Positions 50,520 through 64,000 of a stretch of 64,000 bases of DNA are shown in pieces (position 1 is the stretch's first letter; each line of letters starts with the position of its first letter). The DNA comes from Raillietiella orientalis (lineage: Eukaryota): the NCBI GenBank assembly GCA_036172245.1, contig JAYWIR010000006.1, forward strand, positions 5,022,001 through 5,086,000. Direction: 5' to 3'. The position numbers and the translations under genes were made by a program. Under the pieces are notes generated by a model. That model made no database searches. It was given only the letters and a program-made list of their open reading frames with translations, and had not been told where the DNA came from.

Positions 50520-52499
50520 AAAAAAAAGAAAAAAAGAAAAAGAAAAAAAGGCGACAACAGCAAAAGCTTCCTTGGCTGCGTCCTGCTAAGAAAAGTATAT
50601 TCTTCGTTAGAAACGAGATCTTTTCTTAATTCTACCTGCTAATGGGCTAAATTCTGCCCCGTGATGCAGTACAAGAGTGCTCGTTTTTGAAATGTTTCGG
50701 CACGTACATGGCGGATTCCGGCGTTCTGGTGTCGAGGAATGGGAAAATGAAAAATGCAGCACGGGGATATCGAGTATTTCACATCGTCGGTGGACAATTT
50801 CCGACTCGTGGGAATAATTATTTTCCAAGAAAAAGCACGAACAAAGCTGCAGCAGGGCAGCATCAATCGTAATCGCATGAAAGCATAAATCCATTTGTCA
50901 CAGAATGAAAGTGGAAGCCCCTTGAACCAATTTTCGCTCTCATTCTTAATCTTGAAATTCCAAGATCACGGGAAAGCATCCCTTTTAATTCGTGGCTAAA
51001 CAGCACTGTTTCCACGTGTGTTCAGATCAAGAACTTGGTAAGCTAATGGGCCACTCCCATCACGTCAGCTGCTTCTTGTAGCTTCGAACCTGAGCAGCCG
51101 AACTTCACTCTTCTGCTTGCCTACGACCCGGGCAGTCCTGCGGAGAATCCTTCCTACTTTCGAGTCTCCTAAAGACACGGGGAGGTCCTTCCTTTCCCCA
51201 GCTGTCGCGCATAATCTTCCGTCGGTTGCTCTGCCTATTCTTCATTAATTAATTTCCCAAGAAAGGCTTCCTTGTGCCATACTTCAGTTTCCATCACGTC
51301 TTTCGTGATGCTTCAATTCCAAGATATTGCTTCGTACCCTTCCCGAATGCTTCAAGGTGTGTGTGTGTGTGTGTGTTTCTATCGACTAAAAGTACACAAC
51401 TGAAACTGAAGCCTTCATGCAAAGTCCAGCCTTTGGGGTTTTCGAGCTCCTACTGATTTCTCTGCAGAGGAATCCGCCTGGCTGCCGCCGAGCGTCAGCT
51501 GGAAAAGGGGAGCCGAAGGTCCACCCGAAGCGTCTTCCTGAAAGCAAAAGCTGAAGCTGCAGTATCGAAGAAACCCGCTTGGAAAATTTTCACGATGGAC
51601 GTTCTTCTCCGTCCCTTACAAAACGTCCTTGAAAGGTTTAAGAAAGGCGAACACGCGCGGAGCTCGGACCTGATGGATGTAACGAAAGGGTTTTGAACGT
51701 GAGCCATCTTCGAAGCAGTGGAAGATGGCAGCTTGAGAGGAACGGCGAAGCAGTCGCACGGCGCGCGTGTGGCAGCGATTCGGAGACGGAAATTCCCATT
51801 TTGTAAAATGGAGCCTTTCTCGCAGGCATCTCAGGATCTGCCAGGTACGACCTCGGATGCAACGTGTTGCTCTTATCAGATGCAGCAGCTTCAACCTGCA
51901 TTCATATTGAGGCGCGCGATAATTTTGCTGTGCAAATGTTGCACAGCAAAATTATCATCGTCAGTTCATTTTCAATATGTATGTTCACCCGGAATAATTT
52001 GTTTCGTACGATATGTAAATCGTATTCAGAGATAAGGCTGGTGGTTGACGTCTAATAAACACGTTGGTGAACATTTTGTCCACTGTCTTTGGAGGGGGTT
52101 CCTTAACTAGAAATTCCGTTCCGGATTCATCGCATTTTTTTGTACAGTACAACCGTCTTTGAGGAGAGGGAAGAAAGTCGTGTATGGTGTCGTCTCAGAG
52201 GGAAAAAATGCCCGCATCACCGAGAGAAAAAAAAAAGAAAAGAAAAGAAAGTAACCCCTCTTGAAAAAATAAATAAGTAAAAAATACTGTACTTGGTGGT
52301 TATTTTAGCGACTTCAATCTCAAAAAGCTGTAAAAGATATTCAGGTACCTTCATTTGTTTTTATCCCTTTGATGACGTGATTATAATTACAGTCCCATAG
52401 GGTGACATTAGATTACCGGCACACATTTTATCGTACGCTTAACAGAGCTAAGCGTGTCATGTTAATTCCACTAAAGTTTTTTTCCCCGAGTTTTCCGCG

Positions 52500-54500
52500 A
52501 AAGATTGCAAGTTTTAGACCCAGAATCAGTCAGCGTGTTCGGAGCCGGAAAGTCTCATCGGAAAACTCGCAGGGCGCCAGTTTCCCGGAAAGCAACGAAT
52601 CGGGGCAATTTCTTTTTGCCCCCTCCGCGCAGCAAAATCGGGAAAGGCAGCGCCGGACGGAGGCTTTTCTCATGAACCGAAAGACGGAGAGCTCGGAGTA
52701 GGAAAGCGACCGGGAGGCGACTCCAAAATCCACCAGCGCTGGTTGCGGTCGCTGCGAACCGCAGGGTGTGCGGCCAGCTCTTGACTGTTTTTTTTTTCTT
52801 TTCTTCTTCTTCTTCTTCTTCTTTCTTTCTTTCTTTCTTCCCTCCCCCCCTCCCCTCCCGGACAGGACGCCCGGTCCCGAGTGCCTGACGTCTCTTTGGC
52901 TGGAGCCCTTTCGGCGACTCGGGAGCATCCTGCGCGCGCAAGCGTCCGAACGCGGCCCCTGCGGCCCCTCGCGACCCGCACAATACGAGCAGTGGAGCCG
53001 CTCCTCCAGCCAGGCGCGCGATCGGCGCCGACCGCACCAGGCATGGGCCGGAATCAGCAACTTTTGAAAATGCCAGGGTTTGACCCGAGAAGATAACACG
53101 ATAAGTCCTCCTCCTCCAGCGGCTGCTGGGATCGTGTGGAAACGCCGGTTATCTCCGCAGCTTCGCCTGGAATTTGCGTCTCATCCCCGCTGCAGTCGCA
53201 GAAATCGGTATTAATGGCGTTCACAGAAGGAGTTTCCCACTGTGAAATCAAAGATGTGATGAAGTGGTTCAGAACGCAACATGCATGTGGCCACATACTC
53301 CGGCGGTTTCGAAGATCGATATCGATGATCGATGAAACTGGCATTTTTTTTTTCCTTCCTTTCTTTCTCCTCCCCCCCTCCTCCCAGGAAGAAAGGGGAA
53401 AAAAAAAAAAAAAAACACATATCTGCCAGGATTATCGCAGTGTCGGAGCTTTAATCCTTTTTTTTTTCCCCCCCCCCCTTTTAAGCGCTCTTCGGTACTG
53501 GCGATTGTGATCGCCATCCGCTCGCTGGCAGCATCCAAATCCGGTTTTTTCGATAGCGGAGAACTCTCCTGCGTACGCCCGTCAGCCGCGCAGGCCATAC
53601 AAATCAGGGAATGCGCCCCACGTGATCCCGCGGAAGCTTCCCATTGGCGCAGCTTTTATTGCGCTTCAAGTGCGAGGAGCGATTCGTAAACTTCGCTTGA
53701 AATGCGCAGTCGGCGGTGGTGGTTGACCGTGTGGTTTCGCGCGGCTGGGAACGGGTGGTGTGGCACGCGCGCACCACCGCGCCATTGTTGGGATCCGGCC
53801 GCTGCGATTGTTGCCTTCGGATTCTTGTGCGAGCGTTTGGAGCCGCCGTGCACGGTGCGTGCAAGGCCGGGTAGGTGAAGGCTGCTGGTGTGGCTGCGTG
53901 AGTCTTTGGCCGGGAGAGAGGGTCGGGAAAACTCGGCCGTCCCCCTCCCCGCCGGCCCCGTTCCAGCCTGGAAGCCCCCCCCGCCGAAGCCCGCTTTCCC
54001 GGATTCCCGTCGGCGCCGCCGGCCGGGCGCGAGAACCCGACGTTCGGCTCCCCCGTCGCCGGTGTGGTCCTCGGAAGAGACGCGGGCGAGGGAAGTCGGT
54101 CCCGCTTGCACGCTTGCCAGTCGCATTCCGCGATTTCGCGGAGTTTCGAAATGATCGCGGGCGAGGAAACAAACGGCTGCCTATTCGCGTGGAAAGCACT
54201 GGGGTTGCCAATTCGTTGGGCCGTTCCCCGGGCGTTGCGTAACACTGGCGTTTCTAACGTACGAAAAAAAAATAAAAAAAAAAGGATACCACTGTACTTC
54301 CGAGCAGAGTACCGAAAGTGTTTCCTGTCGGTGTGTATGCTATGCCTCCTCGTTCGATGCAGGAAAGTGCTTGCCTCGTGGGGAACGCAGTGGCCTCGAA
54401 TGTGCGCGAGTCGAGTTCAAAATCCATCGTAGTTCATGGAGAGTGGCATTTGAATCGAGGAAAAGACACGATGCAGCGTCCCCCCCCCCCCCCCCCCCCC
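52500..54500. promoter_or_regulatory. CpG/GC-rich island, candidate divergent promoter region for RNF38 (-) and PNRC (+)
   Basis: Very CG-dense stretch between divergently oriented genes, switching abruptly to AT-rich, CpG-poor sequence at about 54600. Confidence 0.4.
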
Positions 54501-57500
54501 TGTTTTCCGGTAGGAACGCTTTCGATGGTACGACTTTTCGGTTTACTGCAAACAACGTAGTTGTCAGCATAACGTTAGCAAATGTGCGGTTTCATCGAAT
54601 AGGCCAACCATTTGTTTGTTTTTTATGAGAGAGAACGATGTCCATCGGTGATAATGGTGATTAAAAAACGCACACACACACACACACTAATCATGACTGC
54701 ATGGGGACTTGAATCCTATACTACAGTTGACAAGAAAGCTTAGGGTATGTAACAGCCAGTGATTTATGTGACTGGAAGTCAAAATTTGAGAATAGGAGGA
54801 AACTCGAACTGAATCATCCTGAACTTTTTTTTAATGAGGAGGTGAAACGCTCGCTGGGTTGTTGTTGTTGGGCAGTCAGCCCAGAAGCAGTTGGAGCTTT
54901 TGATTTCGAGTGCATTCGTGTTGTGTTGTGTAATCTAGTTGAGTTGAAAGGGTAGAGTAAAAGTAGCGATTTGAAAAACCCACGTTGTGTTATTTCTCAG
55001 TTCCAACTGTATTCATTCACTTTGTAATGACTGCTTGCACCAAAACTCTTTTAGACACTGAAGAACCTTGTGCACGGACAAAATATGATTCATAATAAAT
55101 TTTATGGATATCCATTTTGATGCCAGTAAATTTGGGTAAATGCCTTTGTTGGACATCACTCAAACTGATTAAAAATTGCAGTAGCGGATACTTTTTCATG
55201 TACTTTAAGTGGGATATGCATCGGTTAATAAGCGATGTGCTTTGCTTTCATTGTTTCATGTTTTTTTTTATTTATCATTGTGTTTTTTTTATCATAATTA
55301 TTTGTCATGAATTGGAAGAGGTTTATGTTGTGTTTCCAATTTATCATTTTTCGATAAACTGTCCATGTATGTAAACGTTTGAAGTATAATTCAGTTGAAA
55401 TCGCATCGATTTGAAAATTTCTTTGTTTTCTCATAAGCGTTTTTATTTGATCACCGAAAAACATTCTTGTAGTGTGTGAAAATGTGTCCTTCCCTCTCCC
55501 CAGAAGATGTAGAGCACAATTTTCATTTTATTTTATTTTAATTACATCACATATTATATCGGTTTCCATAGTCATGCAATTAACCAGTGGTAAAGTAGTA
55601 ATTTAATCTCGAATCTTCTATGGAATTCGTACAGTTGCATTTGTGTTCAGTGGGGACATGTAACTTGATCTGTTAAGAAAGCACTTGTCCTACTTGCCAT
55701 GTTGTAATGTTTTAATGTGCCGAAGTAGTATTTACCACTTGCCCCAACTGCATTTTTAATTAGGTATTGCAAACTGCAAATGCTTAAGTACTAATTAATG
55801 CCTTGAAGCCCCTGAATGTTGATGTTTCTGTTGTTTATCTTAAAGCTTTGGGCAGGTATTTCTGATTTCATTAAATGAAAACGTGAAAAATATGTCAAAA
55901 AAGTCAATGATGAAAGCACATTAAAGTGTTTGATAAAAGGTATGCATTTTTACATTCATCATTGTTGTCTGTGGTCCACTTGGAGTCTAGTGCTGAAATA
56001 CTGAATGTAGATTCTGGAAGGATAGTTGGGAAAAAGTTTTTGTAATATGAATTAATTGATTGGATGCATTTTTTTTTTTTTTTTTTTTTTTTTCTTGCGA
56101 GAAGGCTGTGTAATATGGGATAAGTGTTGTGTTTCTCATCTGTTATTGTTTCTTTGGAAATGCTGCATTCCCAATAATTGTTTGATTTTAAATGTTGTTT
56201 CTCGAATCATTTTTGCTATCAGAAGAATCCTCATTTAATTTTTTGCTTTTAAATAATCTGTGCACTAAACTGTAATTCATCAGAATTGCAAAATATGGAA
56301 TCCTTGATTTATGACAGACTTGCTTAAACCTTCTAATATTCAATGATAAAATGTGTGTTTTTTCTCCTTTCATGTTTGTTTGTTTTTTCGTAAATTGTTT
56401 ACGATTACAGTTGTATATGGTGATTCATGTTAAACTGTTGTATGCATTCCAGTTTTCCTTTTTTTTTTCTCGTGAATAATTTGTTTGTGTAAATTAACAT
56501 TTGTGATTTCTAACTTGTGAAATTGCAATAATCGTGCTGGGATATTTGTTTATAGTCTGTTTGTTTAGGCCAATTTTTGGTAGGAAAGTTTAACCTTTTG
56601 TGCATGTGGTGGCTTAAAGTTGAATTTGTTTGTTTTTTCTTTTTCTTTACAAAATTAAGTTTTAGTTTTCTGCATGCTTTAATTTGTATTTCAGCTTGCG
56701 CTCATAAAGGAAAGACTGTTCTTTTTGAACGTTATAGAATTATGTGAAAGGCAGTCAAAAGTAACTCGAATAATACCCCACCACTGAAATGGAATGTATT
56801 GAGTCGAGCAAATTATGTAGAATTTGAGTACATTCCTTTTGGTTCCTCCTTAATCTCTGTATATATTCTTGAATGTGTATGTGCTTTTTGTTGTGCTTTT
56901 GTTAGCCACAGTATTCTGAATTCAAAATGTGTATTGTGAGAGTATTTCAAATCGTTTGCATAAATGAGTTTTTCTTGTTTTGCAAGTATTTTTTGTATTT
57001 GTGTTTGTGGGTTGGCCCTGATTTGAAAGATACACTGCAGTTTGTTTTGTGTTGTTGAGAAGATTGTATTAAGTTTTTTTTTTTTCTTCACATTTGTGTA
57101 TTCTTAATGTTTGATCTTCATATGAAGGTTCTGCAGTCCATAAGTAGCTGATGTATTGGCGAGTGTTTTAAAGATTAAGTAATTTTCCTGGTTGTAAGTA
57201 ATACAAATATTTGATAGAATAACTTCATGTGCATGTATTTCGGTTGGATTTGTTGAATTTAAAGCACTAATGGCTTCAAATTTCTACGAAATATGTTTTC
57301 ATGTTTATATTTCAAAAGGAGTGAGGATACATCTTTGGTTCTTGTTAGTATTCATGTTGCTAAGGTAATTCAAAAAATAATAAAGTAAAAGGAAAACTCA
57401 AATAAGAATCAGAATAAACAGAAATGGGTGGCTATTATTAATTCAGTGCATCATCAAAGTGTAATCCAGCATTGGTGTTTATTTCACTGTAGGTAAAAGA

Positions 57501-57858
57501 TTTACATTTTTAATAGTATTATCGTACTTAGAAAGTTTATTGTAGCCTTTGAGCCACAGTTTTCAAATTAAAAAAATGACAAAAAACATATGTATTCATT
57601 GTGAGCTAAAATATTTGATCAACATTGAATACTACTGATGCTAATATAACATGGCTGTATAAACAGTAATTATGTGAATATAAATAATAATTATATGAAT
57701 GGTGCACAAATTGTTTCTTTGATTATTATGTTCTAATGCATGCATGTGTTAACAAATAGGCACAAATTGTGTTTTTTAAGTTTCTTTTGATATTAATTTT
57801 GACAATTTTTATTTATTAGGAAGCTTAGATAAAAATATTTTCATTCACTTATGTACTA

Positions 57859-58335
57859 ATGAGTATGGAAGTCAGAACAAAGAAACAAAGTTTTCCTTTG
57901 TTGTTTCAAAATAGTGGAGCAGTTTGTAATGGCATAAAGACAAAATTGCCCCATAAGAGAATTCAGAGTTCATGTAACCATAGGAAAAAAAATGGTCATG
58001 CTCTTGGTTATTTAGCACCTTCAAAAAATCAGAATAGTATCATAGAAGTATATGATTCTTGCAACAAAGAAGCTGCATGCCTTCAGTCTGCTGCAACAAA
58101 GTATATTCAGAAGGAAACTCATGTCAAATTGACTACATCTAAAGATAGTTTGTATCAGTCTGCTGTGCCTCCCTATGCTGGCCCAAAGTTCAGTGAACCT
58201 CCTTCACCTAGGTCCCTTCCAAAACCACCTTCACATTGGATGACCTGCAGAGAAAATGCTATGTGTGAAAACTTTTTCAGTAAGCACTTTGTATGCAATC
58301 AGATTAAGTTTCTACTAAATATGCAGCAAGCATAG
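57859..58335 (+). CDS. PNRC2: Proline-rich nuclear receptor coactivator (PNRC1/2-like), single coding exon
   Basis: Family signature YAGPKFSEPPSPRSLPKPPSHW and C-terminal QIKFLLNM (cf. LKxLLxV). Splice acceptor TTATTAG at about 57819. Confidence 0.9.
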   Translation: MSMEVRTKKQSFPLLFQNSGAVCNGIKTKLPHKRIQSSCNHRKKNGHALGYLAPSKNQNSIIEVYDSCNKEAACLQSAATKYIQKETHVKLTTSKDSLYQSAVPPYAGPKFSEPPSPRSLPKPPSHWMTCRENAMCENFFSKHFVCNQIKFLLNMQQA

Positions 58336-59276
58336 AACTGTAGAGGTAAAGTGAAAAACTTAAAAATACAAAGTAACTCACATGCATTTATTGTACAGAA
58401 CATTCTAAATTGTCTTTCCACTTCAGTGTGTAAGAAGAAAATTTGCATATTTCTGTGACTGAAATTAGGTTGTTAGGAGTTGTATGTTGGCTGATTGTAT
58501 GTTTGATGAATAATAGTATATCTTTGGAAGATGATGAGTTAAATTTCTTTCTCTCATTCATCTTCAGAATTATAGATCTCTGGATTTGAGTTATTTGATT
58601 TTTATGTGGTGATTTTGGATTGGAATTTTTGTATTCCTTATGGATCTGATTGTATGTTGGGATGATTGCACATTCTCGTGAACTTTTTTGTGAAATTTAA
58701 GCATGTTTCAAGATACCAGACATTTTTCTCTCTCTTGGGAAGCAAAGCAAATGAAGTTCTCTCTTGGAAGTAAGTTTTCTTTCAAGAAAATGAATGCAAA
58801 GGTGGACAATAGGCATGTTTTGGTTTGCAATAGTATTCCGTTTTCTTTTTCTTTTTCTTTTTTTTTTTTTATTAAAAAGCACTTGATTGGTTTATGTTTA
58901 CCTTGATAAATTATCAAGAATGTTGTAATTAATTGATCCAGTTCTAACTTTTGTGTACTAAGGAGGGTCTCTTTTTTTTTTCTTTTTTTTTTTTCCGTTG
59001 TTGTTCCTGCCATCATCATTGTTGAAAAAATATGTGGAGTGGTTTCTCAGTTTTTCATATTTTTATTTTGTTTTGGGTCCTTTTCAGGACCCCTACCATA
59101 CTTCGAAAGGTTGCCGTAAAATACAGGGATAGTTTGGGGGTAATCAAGGAATGGGGTTGGTTATCTTTATTAATTAAATAATTGCAACTAATCTTTAAAT
59201 TCAAGGCTGTTTGTAGAAATGGAAAAGTACAATCTTTGGTAAATTGAAAGCAAAGTATCTAACTAGTATTTAGAAA

Positions 59277-61396
<2,120 letters not shown>

Positions 61397-64000
61397 TTAA
61401 CATTTGCCTTCCATCGTGCGGTAATCAGAAGGTTAATGGAAGGACAGAAATAACGAACCAAAGAACGAAACAAATGACGGACAGAAATAAAACGGAACTA
61501 ATGAAATCGTCTATGTCTCCGTGTATGCACCATGGGCTGAATTCCGAGGCTGAGTGGCTCCTCATTTTTCATACGTCGACTCCTCATCAGTTGGCAAGCT
61601 GGTCGTTTCTTCGAATCCCTCGACTGCAGAAATGAAAGCTGAAAGATCTCGATATCAGGGCGGTAGCACGAATAAGCCAATTTGCATCGCCCGTAATGCA
61701 ATGTTATACAAAAAGTATTGTTTTTCTTTTGTCTTGTCCCCCCCTTTTCGATTCGTTCCCGAAAACAAGATTCGGTAACTCTATTCGCGTATACGTGCAG
61801 AGTGCATTTGTGTGGGGTGGCTGCGGGCAACCGACGGGCCCCACTTTGCGTGAACTTTCAGCTTCCAGGAGCACACGGTTCGAGTTTTTTGGTTTAGGGT
61901 TCGCGTTCTCAGTAATGTCAGCCGCATTCCTTTTGTATTTTTAGACAGCACTTTCCGAAGTAGCAGCGACGTGTGTGAAATGCCAAATTCGAACCGCGAA
62001 CGTGAAAGCTGAAAGAAAATTCATTGCAACAGCGGATCAGCCGAAAGTACAGTGCCTGCGCTTCACACCTAAAACGAAAATAAGGATCTTTCAGGAAAAG
62101 CACGTCTCCCCCCCCCCCCCTCCCCCGGAGGATCACACACCAAGCCCAAACGGCGAATCCTTCGAACACGGGTCTCGGCCGGGAGCCGCGAAGGAAGGAA
62201 GAAAAGGGTCCGCACGGATGTGCCCGCGAAGGCCGCGCGTTCAGTCGGCCTGCCAAAGAGGTGGGAGGCGTCGACAGTGTTGCCAACTGTTGTCGAGGGT
62301 TGGCATCGTACGGTGTAAACGGTTTTTGTGTACAGCGGTCATGCTGTGTGAGTGGTGCATGCAAGTAGTCGGTTCTTCGGTCTCGGTGCAGATGCTGGTG
62401 GCCAACGCACAAGTAAACAAAGATTGTACCTTTCCATGCTCTTGGATTTTTTTTAGGTGACCCGATGGTGATTATCACTTCGTTTATTCCCAGAATTCTT
62501 TTTATTTTATAGCGTTTTCATGGACTTCCGGTGCGCGTACGGAAATGCAAGTTGCATCAGTGCACTAAGGCAAAACGAAAGGTTATGCGCTAGTGTACAA
62601 TAAGCAACTTTCAGGCCATCAGCTTATGATTCCGCCAAGGAAGCGTGCCCTACAACATGGTGAATAATCCTAATCATGGAATTCAGGGTTGAATTTTTTA
62701 CACCCGAGGTTTCCCAAAAATGGAATCGGAAATCAGTAGCTGTCATGGAAGTTTTGAATTCAGTTCATGAGTTATGGTTGCTGGTTGTGGCACATTTCCC
62801 TCCGAGCCCCAGGAAAACTGCGGCTGGCGTGTACCTGGCGTGGCAGGTGTCCCCGCCTTTCGGTCAGAAAGCATCGGTCTTTGCCTCAGGCTCTAGCAGA
62901 CTGATCTGGGAACTCTAGAAAGTCGAGCGCCGATGCTTTAGCCTGGGGATGCTGCTTGCATCATTTGGTATATCTCGGGGAAGGTGGCTATTCCCAAGGA
63001 ATGGTATCGACAAATGTTCCAAATATGCACATATACGTCCCAGAATTAAGAAGAAGTATGTTATTCTAGTTACTTTACAGTCGAAGATTGTACTAAGCAT
63101 TTTTTTTTTTTTTTTTTTTTTAATATATGAAGCAGAAAGCACCAACACCTGGACTTCAATTTATTGTCATTTTTTCAGATTGTTCAATAAAGGATATGTA
63201 TTTCACTACCATGAGATTACTGCTCCATAAAGTGCCATACTCTTATTAACAGCCTTAAGAAATAAAGTTATGTCTTAAAGATATAAATAATATTTGTCTT
63301 GAAAATGAAAGGTTTTCCTCACATACATGAAACGTCATGTGCTACAAATACTGGCAGACAAATTTTTGTTTTGTTTTTTGTTTTCATTTTTGTTCTCTTA
63401 TCACATTTCTTGACAATTCTTAATTCAGAATTGTTTACGCAGTTTTCTTTATTCCTTTTATCAAATTGCAGAAGTTTCGACACCAATGTTCTATTTGTAT
63501 CATTCTCTGTATCGATGTATATTTAAACGAACTTGAATTTATCAGGATAACTGTCCATTGCATGTATGAGCATTAGCATTCGAATCCTTTTTTTTCTTCT
63601 TGTATTTTCTGAATAAAAGACTCATTTTTCATGTTAAGGATACGAATTTTTCTCACTTAAAACTACATGAAATACAATATCAACTTTCCGCAAGTTTTAT
63701 CACTTATGTGTCTGCCATCTATGCATGTGAGCAGTTTACGAAGCTTCTGGTAACCTGTACTAAACATTCTTGTCAATTACTTTTCTCTGGTAATACCAAG
63801 AACTTTCAGCAAAAGTCATTTTATGGAGTACATTGTTTTTTTTCTCAATAATGGTTCAAGTTTTACTTATGAATTCTAACGGAATTGATCGCATCTGTCT
63901 AGAATCCCAGTTTCATTACATCATTTCCGGTGTTTTTTCATAAGAGACATTACACACAATGAGATGATGATCAACTAGTAACTTAACTAATATGCAAACC

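Noticed and set aside
52530..54245. Long ORFs in the GC-rich island
   Set aside because: Low-complexity translations in all frames, expected from high GC content.
54255..54290. U12-type donor GTATCCTTT on the minus strand (also ~33141) and TCCTTAAC branch-like sites (42118, 52100)
   Set aside because: Not paired with each other or with any recognised exon; explained by chance next to poly(A) runs.
54695..54750. tRNA B-box-like GGATTCAAGTCCC on the minus strand
   Set aside because: No cloverleaf or A box.

Overview
This is eukaryotic DNA from a compact-genome invertebrate, most likely an arthropod, with very short spliceosomal introns (mostly 36-60 nt) and many homopolymer and microsatellite runs. 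Splicing exons by hand gave nine protein-coding genes: GMPPA (-), PCED1/FAM113 (+), SNAPC1 (+), a conserved arthropod protein resembling Drosophila Wurstfest (-), calsyntenin (+), RPIA (-, absent from the ORF track), RNF38/44 (-), PNRC (+) and DDX41/abstrakt (+). The window also holds a decayed R2/NeSL/Utopia-type non-LTR retrotransposon interrupted by an AT-rich foldback insertion, a possible Gypsy pol remnant and a young 190-bp GC-rich tandem array. The most interesting signal is gene architecture. Unrelated same-strand genes are packed 241-280 bp apart (RNF38 then RPIA; PCED1 then SNAPC1). In each pair the downstream gene begins at a splice acceptor with no visible promoter, and SNAPC1 has no start codon ahead of its conserved N-terminus. 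This suggests shared-first-exon splicing or operon-like processing. All family calls come from recognising motifs by eye; no database searches were run.
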